50,622 bases of DNA from Candidatus Opitulatrix roisinitermitis. GTDB taxonomy: Bacteria; Actinomycetota; Actinomycetes; Actinomycetales; Bifidobacteriaceae. The notes under the pieces were generated by a model. It made no database searches and was not told the origin of the DNA. It saw only the letters and a list, made by a program, of their open reading frames with translations. The stretch is from assembly GCA_031288055.1 (NCBI GenBank), contig JAITSD010000014.1, positions 1 through 50,622 of the forward strand, read 5' to 3'. The translations under genes were made by a program, and so were the position numbers. Below, one piece after another: positions 7,402-17,757 of the stretch; position 1 is the first letter of the stretch; every line of letters starts with the position of its first letter.

Positions 7402-8476
7402 CTAGAACCTCTATTTTAGTTTCGCTATTATTTAAAGTTTTAGCAAATTCGGACATAATTTGCCTTTGCTTATGATTTAATTTATGAGGATAAGATATTT
7501 CCAAATGGATAATTAGATCACCTTTTTTGTCTGAATTTGCGTTAATTGGCACACCATAATGGTGTATTTTAATAGTATCGCCTCTTTGGGAGTTTGGTTT
7601 AATAAAAAACTCTAAATCGCCATAATAAGTTTTTATATTAGCTTTATCGCCTAAAAGACTTTTGGTGAATGGTACTTGCACCATACAATGTAAATTATTT
7701 TTATCTCTAACAAAAACTTTATCTGGTATAATATGAAATTCAATATATAAGTTTCCAGCTAGACCATTATAAATACCAGCTTCACCTTCACCAGTTAGTT
7801 CAATTTGTTCGCTTTCATTTACGCCTTTAGGCACCTTTATATTAAATTGTTTGGTTTGGTTTAAACGGCTTTTACCACGGCAGTTATCACAAGGGTTTGC
7901 AGGCATTAAACCTAAACCTTGACAGGTCGGACAAGTGGAGCTGGACATCATTTGTCCTAAAATAGTGTTAGTTACTTTGGAAATTTGCCCTTTGCCTTGA
8001 CAGGTTTGACACTTTACGGGGTCATCAAAAGTCTTAGAACCTGTGCCATCACATATTTCGCATTTAAAATTAGCAGTGATATTAATTTTATTTTCACCAC
8101 CTAATAAAATATCTTTTAGTTCCACTTGTAAACGATAAAGTATATTATTGCCATTAACTTGTGGTTTATTAGCAAACCCGTCAAATCCACCACCTGTGAA
8201 GAATTGTGTAAATTCACCAGCCATATTGAATATATCAGACATAGGATTGTTGTTTGCCTGTCCAGAAGGTTTAGTTGGATCACCACCTAAATCATATACT
8301 TGCCTTTTGGCAGGATCCGATAAAACTTCATAAGCTGTGGTAATGTTTTTAAAACTATCTTCATCTGCGGAATTAGAAATATCAGGATGATGTTGTCTAG
8401 CTAATTTTCTGTAAGCTTTTTTAATTTCCTCATTACTGGCATTTTGCGCTACGCCCAGAATTGAATAGTAATCCAT
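7379..8476 (-). CDS. dnaJ: Molecular chaperone DnaJ
   Basis: J domain (DYYSILGV...HHPD). Four CxxCxG-type zinc-finger repeats (CEICDGTG, CQTCQGKG, CPTCQGLG, CDNCRGKS). Confidence 0.95.
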   Translation of the reverse strand: MDYYSILGVAQNASNEEIKKAYRKLARQHHPDISNSADEDSFKNITTAYEVLSDPAKRQVYDLGGDPTKPSGQANNNPMSDIFNMAGEFTQFFTGGGFDGFANKPQVNGNNILYRLQVELKDILLGGENKINITANFKCEICDGTGSKTFDDPVKCQTCQGKGQISKVTNTILGQMMSSSTCPTCQGLGLMPANPCDNCRGKSRLNQTKQFNIKVPKGVNESEQIELTGEGEAGIYNGLAGNLYIEFHIIPDKVFVRDKNNLHCMVQVPFTKSLLGDKANIKTYYGDLEFFIKPNSQRGDTIKIHHYGVPINANSDKKGDLIIHLEISYPHKLNHKQRQIMSEFAKTLNNSETKIEVLDGTTSFS

Positions 8477-8482
8477 ATTTTT

Positions 8483-8491
8483 AGTGTAACA
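8483..8491 (-). promoter_or_regulatory. Extended -10 promoter (TGtTACACT) 6 nt from the dnaJ ATG; predicted leaderless
   Basis: The minus strand reads acTGtTACACTaaaaatATG. Confidence 0.45.
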
Positions 8492-8496
8492 GTTAT

Positions 8497-8952
8497 TTAG
8501 TTTGAGGTCTTGTTTTTGGGCGGTTTAGTTTTACATAAATGTTGACCAATCAATCCAATAATTATTAAACTAGCGGCAAAACCAAACGAAATAATACTAT
8601 CAGTGGAATGTAATTCTAATAAAACGCCTTTAGTGTTAATAATTATAGACAACCACCCGCCTAGCAAAATGCCTAAAATAGCTGCACCAGAATAAAACCC
8701 GCTCTGTGATAATAAAAGGGCAAAAACAGCTCGATTTGGTTTTAAATCTGGTTTTTTACCATCTAAAAACTTTTTAACTTCCAAAGCAAAATATAGAATT
8801 AAAATAATTGACAAAATAATTCCAAAATCTAAACCAAAAGAACCGTATATTAAAATATATGATTGTCGTAGACTAATTAAATTCAATAAATAACCTAAAC
8901 ATATAAAAATAACGCTAATCAAAATAGCACTTAAAATAGAAACTTTTTGCAT
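8497..8952 (-). CDS. Small 4-TM membrane protein, DUF3180-like
   Basis: 151 aa with four hydrophobic segments. Its start codon abuts the ftsH stop (TAAATG). The assignment rests on size, topology and position at the end of the actinobacterial ftsH operon, not on a recognised motif. Confidence 0.5.
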   Translation of the reverse strand: MQKVSILSAILISVIFICLGYLLNLISLRQSYILIYGSFGLDFGIILSIILILYFALEVKKFLDGKKPDLKPNRAVFALLLSQSGFYSGAAILGILLGGWLSIIINTKGVLLELHSTDSIISFGFAASLIIIGLIGQHLCKTKPPKNKTSN

Positions 8953-11049
8953 TTATTTTTTATTAGAAATGGTTTTATTTTTGCCCGTTTTTGCGTTGGG
9001 TTTGGTTAGAGGTTTATTACGACTAGCCACTTTGGTTTTAGATTTCCCAATTAATTTAACCGGTGGTTTATTGGAAACTTTTCGTTGAGGGTCGGATAGC
9101 CAGACGGGTCGTTTAGGCGATTTTTTAATATTTTTAAATATTTTGGCTAATTCGTTTTCACTTAAAGTTTCTTTTTGCAAAAGTTCACTAGCTAATTTAT
9201 CTAGTGTTTGTCGATTTTTGATAATGGTTTTATAAGCTTGATTATGAGCATCTTCAATTAGTTTACGAACTTGTTTATCAATGGCGAAAGCTATTTCATC
9301 GGAATATTCTTTTTCGGAATTGTAATGACCCATATAAGGTTCTGGCGAATGGCTGCCCAATTTCACAGCACCTAAAGCACTTGTCATACCAAATTCAGTC
9401 ACCATTCGTCTAGCAATGGCTGTGGCTTTTTCAATGTCGTTAGAAGCTCCTGTGGATGGATCATGAAAAACTACTTCCTCAGCCACTCTACCCCCCAAAG
9501 CGTAGCTTAATTGATCTAATAACTCATTACGGGTTACAGAATATTTGTCCTCAGTTGGCATAACTGATGTAAAACCTAAAGCTCTACCGCGTGGTAAAAT
9601 AGTGACTTTTGTAACAGGATCTGTGTAATTCATGGCTGCTGCTACCACAGCATGTCCGCCCTCATGATAAGCCGTATTTCGCATTTCTTTTTCGTTCATT
9701 TTTAGGGTTTTCTTTTGTGGTCCAGCCATAACTCTATCAATAGCTTCGTCGATATCTTCATCCTCAATTTGAATTTTATTTAAACGAGCAGCTAATAGGG
9801 CAGCTTCGTTGAGAACATTTGCTAAATCAGCTCCTGTATAGCCCGGAGTTCTTTTAGCCACTAGTTTTAGGTTGACATTCTTTTGAAACGGTTTATCTTT
9901 AGCATGAACTTTTAATATTGCTTCGCGACCTTTTAAATCAGGAGCTTCAACTTGAACTTGTCTATCAAAACGGCCTGGACGCAAAAGAGCAGGATCTAAA
10001 ATATCAGGTCTATTAGTGGCAGCAATTAAAATAATATTAGTGTTAATGTCAAAGCCATCCATTTCCACTAATAATTGATTTAAAGTTTGTTCTCTTTCGT
10101 CATGACCTCCGCCTAAACCAGAACCTCTATGTCGGCCTACAGCATCTATTTCGTCCACAAATATAATACAAGGCGCGTTTTGCTTAGCTTGGGCAAATAA
10201 ATCTCTAACTCGGCTAGCCCCCACGCCAACAAACATTTCCACAAAATCAGAACCGCTCATAGTATAAAAAGGCACTTTTGCTTCACCGGCTACGGCTCTA
10301 GCTAAAAGTGTTTTACCAGTTCCGGGAGGGCCATATAATAGAACACCTTTAGGAATCTTGGCACCTAGTTTTTCAAAACTTTTGGGTTTGGTTAAAAAAT
10401 CTTTAATTTCACCTAATTCCTCAACTGCTTCATCTACACCAGCCACATCAGTAAAAGTGATTTTCTCCTTATTTTGATCTTGTAATTTAGCCCTTGATTT
10501 ACCAAAACTCATAGGGTTATTTTTTCCAGCCCCGCCAGCCATACGATTCATCAAAAATAAAAATATGCCAGTAATAATTAAGAAAGGCAAAATTAGGCTG
10601 ATAAGTGACATCAGAGGACTTTCTTGAGGCACATCAGAGTTATAACCCTCAGATAATTTAGCTTTTTGAATAGCTGTGATTACTGAATTGCCTTGAGGAA
10701 TAACATAGTAAAACTCCAATTGTTTACCATAATTTTGTCCATCTTTGGAAAAATCGCTATTTAAAGATAGTGTGACTTTTTGTATACCTTCAGTTATTTC
10801 AGCTTTTTTAACTGTGTTACCGTCTAGTAAAGATATGCCGTCAGATGTATTAATTTGTCGTGCATGGTCACCTTGAAACATATAATAGGCTGAGGAAATA
10901 ACCACTAAAAGTATTAAAATCCATAAAAATGGCGAGCCAGGTATTTTGATTATTTTAACATTTTTGGGTAGATTTTTTAGTAAATCATCTTTATTTGCAA
11001 AAACACGCTTGGATTTATGTCTTGATTTTTTTTTGTTCTTATTTACCAT
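8953..11049 (-). CDS. ftsH: ATP-dependent zinc metalloprotease FtsH
   Basis: Walker A GPPGTGKT, Walker [12 protein letters not shown] region [19 protein letters not shown], zinc motif HEGGHA. AAGGA Shine-Dalgarno upstream. Lys-rich N- and C-terminal tails. Confidence 0.95.
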   Translation of the reverse strand: MVNKNKKKSRHKSKRVFANKDDLLKNLPKNVKIIKIPGSPFLWILILLVVISSAYYMFQGDHARQINTSDGISLLDGNTVKKAEITEGIQKVTLSLNSDFSKDGQNYGKQLEFYYVIPQGNSVITAIQKAKLSEGYNSDVPQESPLMSLISLILPFLIITGIFLFLMNRMAGGAGKNNPMSFGKSRAKLQDQNKEKITFTDVAGVDEAVEELGEIKDFLTKPKSFEKLGAKIPKGVLLYGPPGTGKTLLARAVAGEAKVPFYTMSGSDFVEMFVGVGASRVRDLFAQAKQNAPCIIFVDEIDAVGRHRGSGLGGGHDEREQTLNQLLVEMDGFDINTNIILIAATNRPDILDPALLRPGRFDRQVQVEAPDLKGREAILKVHAKDKPFQKNVNLKLVAKRTPGYTGADLANVLNEAALLAARLNKIQIEDEDIDEAIDRVMAGPQKKTLKMNEKEMRNTAYHEGGHAVVAAAMNYTDPVTKVTILPRGRALGFTSVMPTEDKYSVTRNELLDQLSYALGGRVAEEVVFHDPSTGASNDIEKATAIARRMVTEFGMTSALGAVKLGSHSPEPYMGHYNSEKEYSDEIAFAIDKQVRKLIEDAHNQAYKTIIKNRQTLDKLASELLQKETLSENELAKIFKNIKKSPKRPVWLSDPQRKVSNKPPVKLIGKSKTKVASRNKPLTKPNAKTGKNKTISNKK

Positions 11050-11145
11050 AATATGTCCTTTAAGTGTAATTTAATTTTTAAATAAACATTTTAGTTTATT
11101 CAAATATTGATTAAAAGTTATTTATTTATTTTTTAAGATATACTT

Positions 11146-11154
11146 AGTCTACCA
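11146..11154 (-). promoter_or_regulatory. Candidate extended -10 promoter (TGgTAGACT) for ftsH, with a leader of roughly 90 nt
   Basis: The minus strand reads ttaTGgTAGACTaagtat. ftsH has an AAGGA Shine-Dalgarno, so this gene appears to be leadered. Confidence 0.3.
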
Positions 11155-11184
11155 TAATTTAATTGGGGTAAAAAAGACAATTTT

Positions 11185-12528
11185 TTAATTAAGAGTTTTA
11201 ACAATTTTTTTAAATTCAATTTTATTATATAAACCTCTTAGTCCCACAAAAATTACTTCATAAACTAAATAAATTATGGCAAAAAGCCAAAACTTGTCTT
11301 GAATAAGATTTAAAAATAAAAACATTAATCCAGCTGTTATAAGTGTGGAAATTACAGCTGCTTTTAAAAGAAAATGATATTTGGCAAATCCTAGAAAAAA
11401 ACCATCAAAAGAATAAGTATAACTAGTTATTGGTAAAGCGATTAATGAAAGCAAAACTAGAAGAAATGATAAATTGCTAACATGTTGATCATCTGTCATA
11501 GCTTTAATTAAAAAATAACCGCCAATGAAATAAAAAATAATTACCACTGGAATAAAACGGTGAGCTAAGCGACGAGTGGAGCGGGTAATTTGTATGATTT
11601 TTTTATTATCCTTAGCTCCTCTAGCTTCTCCCACTAAAGCTTGTGAGGCAGCAGCTAGGGCATCAAAAACATACATAGAAAAAGATAGCACCACATCACC
11701 CAGTTGTCCAGCTGCCACATAATCGGTGCCTAGTGTGGAAAAACACCAAAGCGATACTAAAATAATTATCCAAAAAGTTGATGATCTTATCATAAGCGGA
11801 ATACTGTCTTTTATGAGATTAAAAAGTCTTAAAATATGGGGTTCATATTTTTTCATAGCAGTTCTATCAAAGTCTCTACATATAAAATAAACGAAGGTGA
11901 CGGATTGTAGGAAATTTGTAATAATTGGGCCAATGGCCACACCTATAATTCCTAGGTGACAAACCCCGACAAAAAAGATATTAATAACTAATTCAAAAGC
12001 TAAAAAAATACTTGATATTTTAACCATTAATTCAACTTTTTGTAAACCTTTCAAAATACCTATACAAGTCCAGGCAAAAAAGATAAAAGGTATAGACAAT
12101 AAAAAAATTTGGGCATATAAAGTAGTTAATTGTTCAACATTTTTATCAAGTGGAAAAAGGCCGATAAATAGAGGTGTTAATATTTCAAAAACAATGGTTG
12201 ATAATATTCCTACAATTCCTGCAAAAAACATACAGTCTAATTGCACCATAGTATTTTTTATTTTTTCACCAGCTCCTTTATAATAAGCCACAACTGTTGT
12301 AGAGATAAAGGTTAAAAAGAAAAATATTCCCATAATTGTATTAATATAATTTCCGCCAATGCCTAAAGCTGCTAAGTTTTCCACACCTTGCCGCCCCATC
12401 AAAATATTATTAGCAACGGTTAAAACAAAAACCATAATAGTTTGAATAAATATCGGCCCCCATAAAAATATCAAAGTCCAATCTAATTGGGCGGGGAATA
12501 TATATTTATTTAAAAAGCGTTTATACAT
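11185..12528 (-). CDS. MATE-family efflux transporter (12-TM)
   Basis: 447 aa, about 12 hydrophobic segments, general MATE-like layout. The start overlaps the stop of the upstream nucleotidase gene (ATGTATAA). The family call is from overall resemblance only. Confidence 0.65.
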   Translation of the reverse strand: MYKRFLNKYIFPAQLDWTLIFLWGPIFIQTIMVFVLTVANNILMGRQGVENLAALGIGGNYINTIMGIFFFLTFISTTVVAYYKGAGEKIKNTMVQLDCMFFAGIVGILSTIVFEILTPLFIGLFPLDKNVEQLTTLYAQIFLLSIPFIFFAWTCIGILKGLQKVELMVKISSIFLAFELVINIFFVGVCHLGIIGVAIGPIITNFLQSVTFVYFICRDFDRTAMKKYEPHILRLFNLIKDSIPLMIRSSTFWIIILVSLWCFSTLGTDYVAAGQLGDVVLSFSMYVFDALAAASQALVGEARGAKDNKKIIQITRSTRRLAHRFIPVVIIFYFIGGYFLIKAMTDDQHVSNLSFLLVLLSLIALPITSYTYSFDGFFLGFAKYHFLLKAAVISTLITAGLMFLFLNLIQDKFWLFAIIYLVYEVIFVGLRGLYNKIEFKKIVKTLN

Positions 12529-14500
12529 TTAGCGTTTTTCGTAGTTTAGACTTTCGTCTATTTTTTATAATTGTGTAAATTAACATACTTACAGCATATT
12601 TTATAGGAAAAGTTATTAAGGGAACAAAGGCAAATATTAGACAAAGAATAATTACGGTTGAGAAAAATATTTTATTAGGATTTGAAATATAGGTATAGGG
12701 GTTTGAAGCAGATAATTCAATTTTTCCAGAATCAGCTTTAGCATAATATTCGGGTAAGGTTTTAAAACTGCCTAAATAATTTACTAAAGCTTGCCATTCT
12801 TTTATCTCAGAACCGCTTTTATTTAATAAAACCGAATCAGATAAATCACAGGAGTCAGTTCCTTTACAAGCTAAACTGCCATCAGCTTTTTTAGGTTGAA
12901 CATTCATAAGACCAAAAGTTAGTTTAGGAATTGAGCCTGCCATTTGTCCGATATAATAATTTGTTATAATTGGATACAATTTGTCGGAATTAGGTTTTTC
13001 CCAATCGCCAGCTGTATTTTTAATCCAAACTTCTGATACTCTGTTACCAGGCAATCGGTAATTGCTATAGGTGTATTTAATATTACCAAAGTGCATAATT
13101 ATATCATCTTTTAATAATTCGCCCACACTTTGCCCTATTTCCATAACCTGTTTTAGTTCATCGCCTTTAACATAAAAGGCACATAAAGGATAAGTGTGTG
13201 ATTTATCAGGACCAAAACCCATATTCACTGCTCCATAAATATCTTCTACACTTATATTTGGTTTAAAAAAACCGCCTCTAGATACACCGTTAGCAGTTAA
13301 TAAAATTGGTAATTGGCTTTTGTTAACCAGATTGCCTTTTTGACCAATAAATGCAGCATATTTTGTAAACTCATAACCGAAAGCATCAGTAAAAATTCGG
13401 CCTATTCCTTCGTCATAACCAGTGCTTGTATCAGCTCCCAAATTAAAATTGGTTTCGGTGATTATTTTATTAGTATTAAGTGAGTATTTACTAAAAAAAT
13501 CTTTATTAATTTGTGATTTATATTTTTGTGCTAAATCTTTAATCTGTTTATTGTTTGAATAGTTATCTGTCACAGGTAGCATCTGAGAATTGGTTAATTG
13601 CCAATTAGAATTATCTTTTTCCAAATCAATAAGCCCTATATTTTGGGCATAAGCACCCGTGCTACTAATAATTGTTTTACCAATAATAATAGGCGTTGGT
13701 GTAAAAACATGAGTGTGAGCAGATAAAATGAAATTAATTTCTGGCACCTGTTTGGCTAATGCCACATCTTCGCTACTATCTCCTGTGAGATTATTTTTAT
13801 TTACGCCAGAATGAGATAAAGCGATTATAATATCAGCTCCATTTTGTTTGAGGAGTTTGACTTGCTCTTTGGCGGCGTCAATATAATCTTGAAATGTGAC
13901 ATCATTGCTATTTACAATATCTGAAACAGCATCATGTCCTAAAAGTCCTAAAAGACCAATTTTAATACCGTTTTTATCTATTATAGTATTTTTTACAATT
14001 TCACCCTTTTGGAATAATTGTCCTAAGTGTCCATTTTGTGGAGCATTAGTGTTTGAAGCAATTATTTTAGTTTTAGAATATCCAGTAGAAATCATTTTAG
14101 CTAAAGCGTTAGATCCATAATCAAATTCGTGATTGCCTAAAGTTGTGGCATCGAATTTCATAAGATTTAGCATTTGTAAATCAGGGGCTTGAGATGTGAA
14201 AAGTATATTATAGATGCTACCAACCGTAAAATCACCGCCGTCAAGAGTTATGGTTGGTATATTAGTTTGTTGGTTTTGATTTATAATAGATGCCATTTTA
14301 GCATAACCGCCATAATTTATAACTTGTCTTTCAGAATTAAAGGCTTTATACGGATCAATATGTGAATGTAAATCGTTGGTGTATATTATGCGTAATCTTT
14401 GCCAAGGGATTTCTTCAGCTTGAGCTTTGGTGGTGCTAATTGGTATTAATGCTGGAAATAGACTAAATATAAAAATAAATGACTTTATAAATATTTTCAA
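12521..14500 (-). CDS. Membrane-anchored bifunctional metallophosphatase/5'-nucleotidase
   Basis: Calcineurin-like motifs NDLHSH, GGDFTVGS, GNHEFDYG, ALSHSG, SAHTH. N-terminal signal peptide (...STTKAQAEE) and C-terminal hydrophobic anchor followed by a basic tail. TTG start preceded by AAAGGAA. Confidence 0.85.
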   Translation of the reverse strand: MKIFIKSFIFIFSLFPALIPISTTKAQAEEIPWQRLRIIYTNDLHSHIDPYKAFNSERQVINYGGYAKMASIINQNQQTNIPTITLDGGDFTVGSIYNILFTSQAPDLQMLNLMKFDATTLGNHEFDYGSNALAKMISTGYSKTKIIASNTNAPQNGHLGQLFQKGEIVKNTIIDKNGIKIGLLGLLGHDAVSDIVNSNDVTFQDYIDAAKEQVKLLKQNGADIIIALSHSGVNKNNLTGDSSEDVALAKQVPEINFILSAHTHVFTPTPIIIGKTIISSTGAYAQNIGLIDLEKDNSNWQLTNSQMLPVTDNYSNNKQIKDLAQKYKSQINKDFFSKYSLNTNKIITETNFNLGADTSTGYDEGIGRIFTDAFGYEFTKYAAFIGQKGNLVNKSQLPILLTANGVSRGGFFKPNISVEDIYGAVNMGFGPDKSHTYPLCAFYVKGDELKQVMEIGQSVGELLKDDIIMHFGNIKYTYSNYRLPGNRVSEVWIKNTAGDWEKPNSDKLYPIITNYYIGQMAGSIPKLTFGLMNVQPKKADGSLACKGTDSCDLSDSVLLNKSGSEIKEWQALVNYLGSFKTLPEYYAKADSGKIELSASNPYTYISNPNKIFFSTVIILCLIFAFVPLITFPIKYAVSMLIYTIIKNRRKSKLRKTLNV

Positions 14501-14560
14501 AATAATTCCTTTCTTTAAAGTATATTTTAATTCTATAATTAAACTATAAAAAAGCGGTTT

Positions 14561-15541
14561 TTATTTTTTATGATTCCATTCATTTTCGACCCACTGATTT
14601 AAGGTAATTTCAAAGTTTCTTTTATCTTGTTGAACTATTGAATCTAAAATAAGTCCAGAAAATAGAGAAATAATTGCTGCTATAAAAGCTAAACCACAAA
14701 CTATGAGGGTTGGTAAGTTTTGCACATAACCGGTTTCAAAATAGGGGATTAAACACCGGGTTAAAGAAATTATTCCAAAAACAATAGTTATAAAAAAAGC
14801 TAATGTACTAAAATAGGTTAACGGATGATATGAGCGAAATAATCGCATAATCGTTTTAAGAGCTTTAAATCCATCAGAAAAAGTATTCAGCTTAGAAACA
14901 CTGCCTTTTGGTCGATCTTTATATTCTATAATCTCATTAGTTATACTCATTCTATTTTCAATGGCATAAATTGACATTTCGGTTTCTACGGTAAATCCAT
15001 TAGAAAGCACAGGACAAGACTTAATGAATTTATAAGAGAAAGCTCTAAAGCCAGTCAAAATATCTTTGATGTCAGCTTTGAATAAAGTGTTAATAGATTT
15101 TCTAATTAACCAGTTGCCAAAATTGTGAAAAGGTCGTTTATTTTCTTTAAAATAAGATGATGATAACCTATCTCCAATTACCATATCTAAATCCTCATTT
15201 ATTAGTTTTTGGTAAAGTTTTGGTATTGACTGGGCTGGATAAGTTAAATCGGCATCAAGCATTATAACGCATTTGGCGTGTATTTCACGAAAAGCTTTTC
15301 TAATAACGGCTCCTTTGCCTTGTTCGCTACAGTTTTTTAATAAAACCTTATTTGATTTTATGGTTTTAATTTCGGCAACAGTATTATCTGTGGAATTGTT
15401 ATCGTATACATATATATATGAATTAGGTATTTTTTTAATAGCCTGTAAACATTGTTCTATAACTTCTTTAACAGTTTGTTCCTCGTTATAAGCGGGTAAT
15501 AAAACGGCTAATTCCATTTTAGTATTTTTTGTAAATATCAT
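14561..15541 (-). CDS. Family-2 glycosyltransferase with C-terminal TM helices (polyprenyl-phosphate glycosyltransferase, GtrB/Ppm1-like)
   Basis: AVLLPAYNEE, DNNSTDNT, MLDADLTYP (DxD) and two C-terminal TM segments. AGAGG Shine-Dalgarno upstream of the ATG at 15541. Overlaps the 3' end of the upstream ligase gene. Confidence 0.8.
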   Translation of the reverse strand: MIFTKNTKMELAVLLPAYNEEQTVKEVIEQCLQAIKKIPNSYIYVYDNNSTDNTVAEIKTIKSNKVLLKNCSEQGKGAVIRKAFREIHAKCVIMLDADLTYPAQSIPKLYQKLINEDLDMVIGDRLSSSYFKENKRPFHNFGNWLIRKSINTLFKADIKDILTGFRAFSYKFIKSCPVLSNGFTVETEMSIYAIENRMSITNEIIEYKDRPKGSVSKLNTFSDGFKALKTIMRLFRSYHPLTYFSTLAFFITIVFGIISLTRCLIPYFETGYVQNLPTLIVCGLAFIAAIISLFSGLILDSIVQQDKRNFEITLNQWVENEWNHKK

Positions 15542-17306
15542 TATCGATAACCTCTTTGTAAGCGTTTATAATATGTCGTTTTATTATTTTCATAGAAGCG
15601 GTTAAAAAGCCATTTTCCACAGTAAACTCTTCAGGTAATATAATAAACTTTCTAATAGACTCAGCTCTGGAAACAGTTTCATTAGCTTCATCAACAGAGC
15701 GTTGTATTTCAGCATAAATAGCTTTGTTTCGACTGGCTTGTTTCAAGTTAAGATTTTTTAAACGATGCTTTTTAGACCAAACCTCTAAAGCTCCAGTATC
15801 TAGTGTAACTAAAGCGGATATAAATGGTTTTTTGTCGCCAATAACTACACAGTGCGAAACTAACGGATTATTTATTATAATTTGTTCTAAAGCACCTGGT
15901 GAAATATTTTTGCCACCAGATGTCACAATTATATCTTTTTTTCGCCCCACTAATTTAATAAAACCGTAGTCATCAATTTCAGCCAAATCTCCAGTATAGA
16001 GCCATTTATTTTTAAAAACTTGCTTAGTTAACTTTGGTTCATTATGATAACCTAAAAAGGCACTAGGGGTTTTAATTAATAATTCACCGTCTTTGGCAAT
16101 TTTAGTTTCAACATTTATGAAAGGCAAACCAACAGTACCAATTCTGTTATTATTTGGGCGATTACATAAAGCTGGAGCAGTGATTTCAGTTAACCCATAG
16201 CCCTCTAATATTTCTATGCCAGCTCCTCTGAAAAAATGAGCAATTTGTGGATTTAATGATGCTCCTCCGCTTACACACCAACGCATTTTGCCGCCCAAAA
16301 CATTTTTAATTTGTTTATAGATTAATTTATCATATAATAGTCTTTGCGAAATTAATTTAGGACTAGGGCCGTTGGGGGTATCTAAACTTTCAGAATATTG
16401 CATAGCTATTTTGGCAGCTTTTTGAAAAATACGTTGTTTTATACCATGTCCAGCTTTTTGTGAAGCCGCATTATAAACTTTTTCAAAAATTCGAGGTACA
16501 CCGATTATATAATTTGGTTGTATATAACGCATATCGTTTAACAGGGTTTTTAAATTGCCTGATAGAGCTAAAGCAGACACACCTTCCATAATTGCTAAAA
16601 CTGCAAAGCGGGCAAAAACATGGGCTAAAGGTAAAAATAAAAGTATAGCGGAATTAGGCATCTGTAATAATTCAGGTAAAGCTTCGTTTGATGAATAAAC
16701 CACTGATATAAAAGCTTTGTGTTGAATTTCCACACCTTTGTGTTTACCTGTCGAACCAGAGGTATAAACAATAGTAGCTAAATCGGTTGATTTATTTTGA
16801 GTTTGTAGTTTTTTAATTTGGCTAGTTTTTATAGATTGTCCAATAGTTTGCAATTCGTCTAAGGCATTTTCATCTAAATTGCGAATTGTTTTAACAGTTT
16901 TTAATTTAGGTTTAACTAAATTAACTAATTTGTACATATCAATATTTTCCACAAATAACATTTTTATTTCAGCGTCATTGCAGATAAATTGAATTTGATG
17001 TGATGATGAAGTTTCATAAATAGGCACTGTGACAGCCCCTATAGTCCAAGCTGCAAAATCTAGAGCTACCCATTCGAAACTAGTTTTAGACATAATAGCA
17101 ATTTTGTCATTTTTTTTAATTCCCAAATTAACTAATCCTTTAGAAATTGAGATAATATATTTTTGAAAAGATTGTGCTGTTATATCAATCCAGCTACCAG
17201 ATTTAGTTTTATAAGACAATAATTTCTGATGTGGTAATCTACGAACTCTGTTTTGCAAAATAGTACAATTTGTATCGTGGAGTTTAATAGTTTTTATTTT
17301 TGACAA
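15519..17306 (-). CDS. Long-chain fatty-acid--CoA ligase (AMP-forming, FadD15-like)
   Basis: AMP-binding motif YTSGSTGKHKGV, GYGLTE, TGDLAEIDDYGF, GRKKDIIVTSGGKNISP. TTG start. Confidence 0.85.
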   Translation of the reverse strand: MSKIKTIKLHDTNCTILQNRVRRLPHQKLLSYKTKSGSWIDITAQSFQKYIISISKGLVNLGIKKNDKIAIMSKTSFEWVALDFAAWTIGAVTVPIYETSSSHQIQFICNDAEIKMLFVENIDMYKLVNLVKPKLKTVKTIRNLDENALDELQTIGQSIKTSQIKKLQTQNKSTDLATIVYTSGSTGKHKGVEIQHKAFISVVYSSNEALPELLQMPNSAILLFLPLAHVFARFAVLAIMEGVSALALSGNLKTLLNDMRYIQPNYIIGVPRIFEKVYNAASQKAGHGIKQRIFQKAAKIAMQYSESLDTPNGPSPKLISQRLLYDKLIYKQIKNVLGGKMRWCVSGGASLNPQIAHFFRGAGIEILEGYGLTEITAPALCNRPNNNRIGTVGLPFINVETKIAKDGELLIKTPSAFLGYHNEPKLTKQVFKNKWLYTGDLAEIDDYGFIKLVGRKKDIIVTSGGKNISPGALEQIIINNPLVSHCVVIGDKKPFISALVTLDTGALEVWSKKHRLKNLNLKQASRNKAIYAEIQRSVDEANETVSRAESIRKFIILPEEFTVENGFLTASMKIIKRHIINAYKEVIDNDIYKKY

Positions 17307-17354
17307 TTTTAAATTACTTTCTGGAGAGTTGTATAAAATAATTTATTTTTTAAA

Positions 17355-17669
17355 TTATTGTAATTGTTTTATAATGTCATCTAAGTCGTTTGGTTTTAAA
17401 GAGCCTGGTTTTTTATAAATTGTTTCACCATTTTTAAAAGCCCAAATAGTTGGAATAGATGATATACCGTTTTTTATAGATAATTCTTTATTTGTATCCA
17501 CATCGACTTTAGCAAATTGAATATCAGAATATTTGGCAGCGGCTTTTTCAAAAATAGGGGCAAATTGTTGGCAAGGACCGCACCAAGCTGCCCAAAAATC
17601 AACAATTATAGCTGGGGTTTTTTTAACTAATTCATCAAAATTATTTTCAGTTAGTTTTACGATTTCCAT
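17355..17669 (-). CDS. trxA: Thioredoxin
   Basis: WAAWCGPCQ active site; 104 aa. TGaTAAACT lies 6 nt upstream of the ATG. Confidence 0.9.
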   Translation of the reverse strand: MEIVKLTENNFDELVKKTPAIIVDFWAAWCGPCQQFAPIFEKAAAKYSDIQFAKVDVDTNKELSIKNGISSIPTIWAFKNGETIYKKPGSLKPNDLDDIIKQLQ

Positions 17670-17675
17670 ACTTTT

Positions 17676-17684
17676 AGTTTATCA
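17676..17684 (-). promoter_or_regulatory. Extended -10 promoter (TGaTAAACT) 6 nt from the trxA ATG; predicted leaderless
   Basis: The minus strand reads cccccctaTGaTAAACTaaaagtATG. A C6 run lies immediately upstream. Confidence 0.5.
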
Positions 17685-17757
17685 TAGGGGGGTATTTTAG
17701 TTTTCAATTATAATTTGTTTAAAAGTTCATTATTTTAATTAATTTTTATATTTTGTT

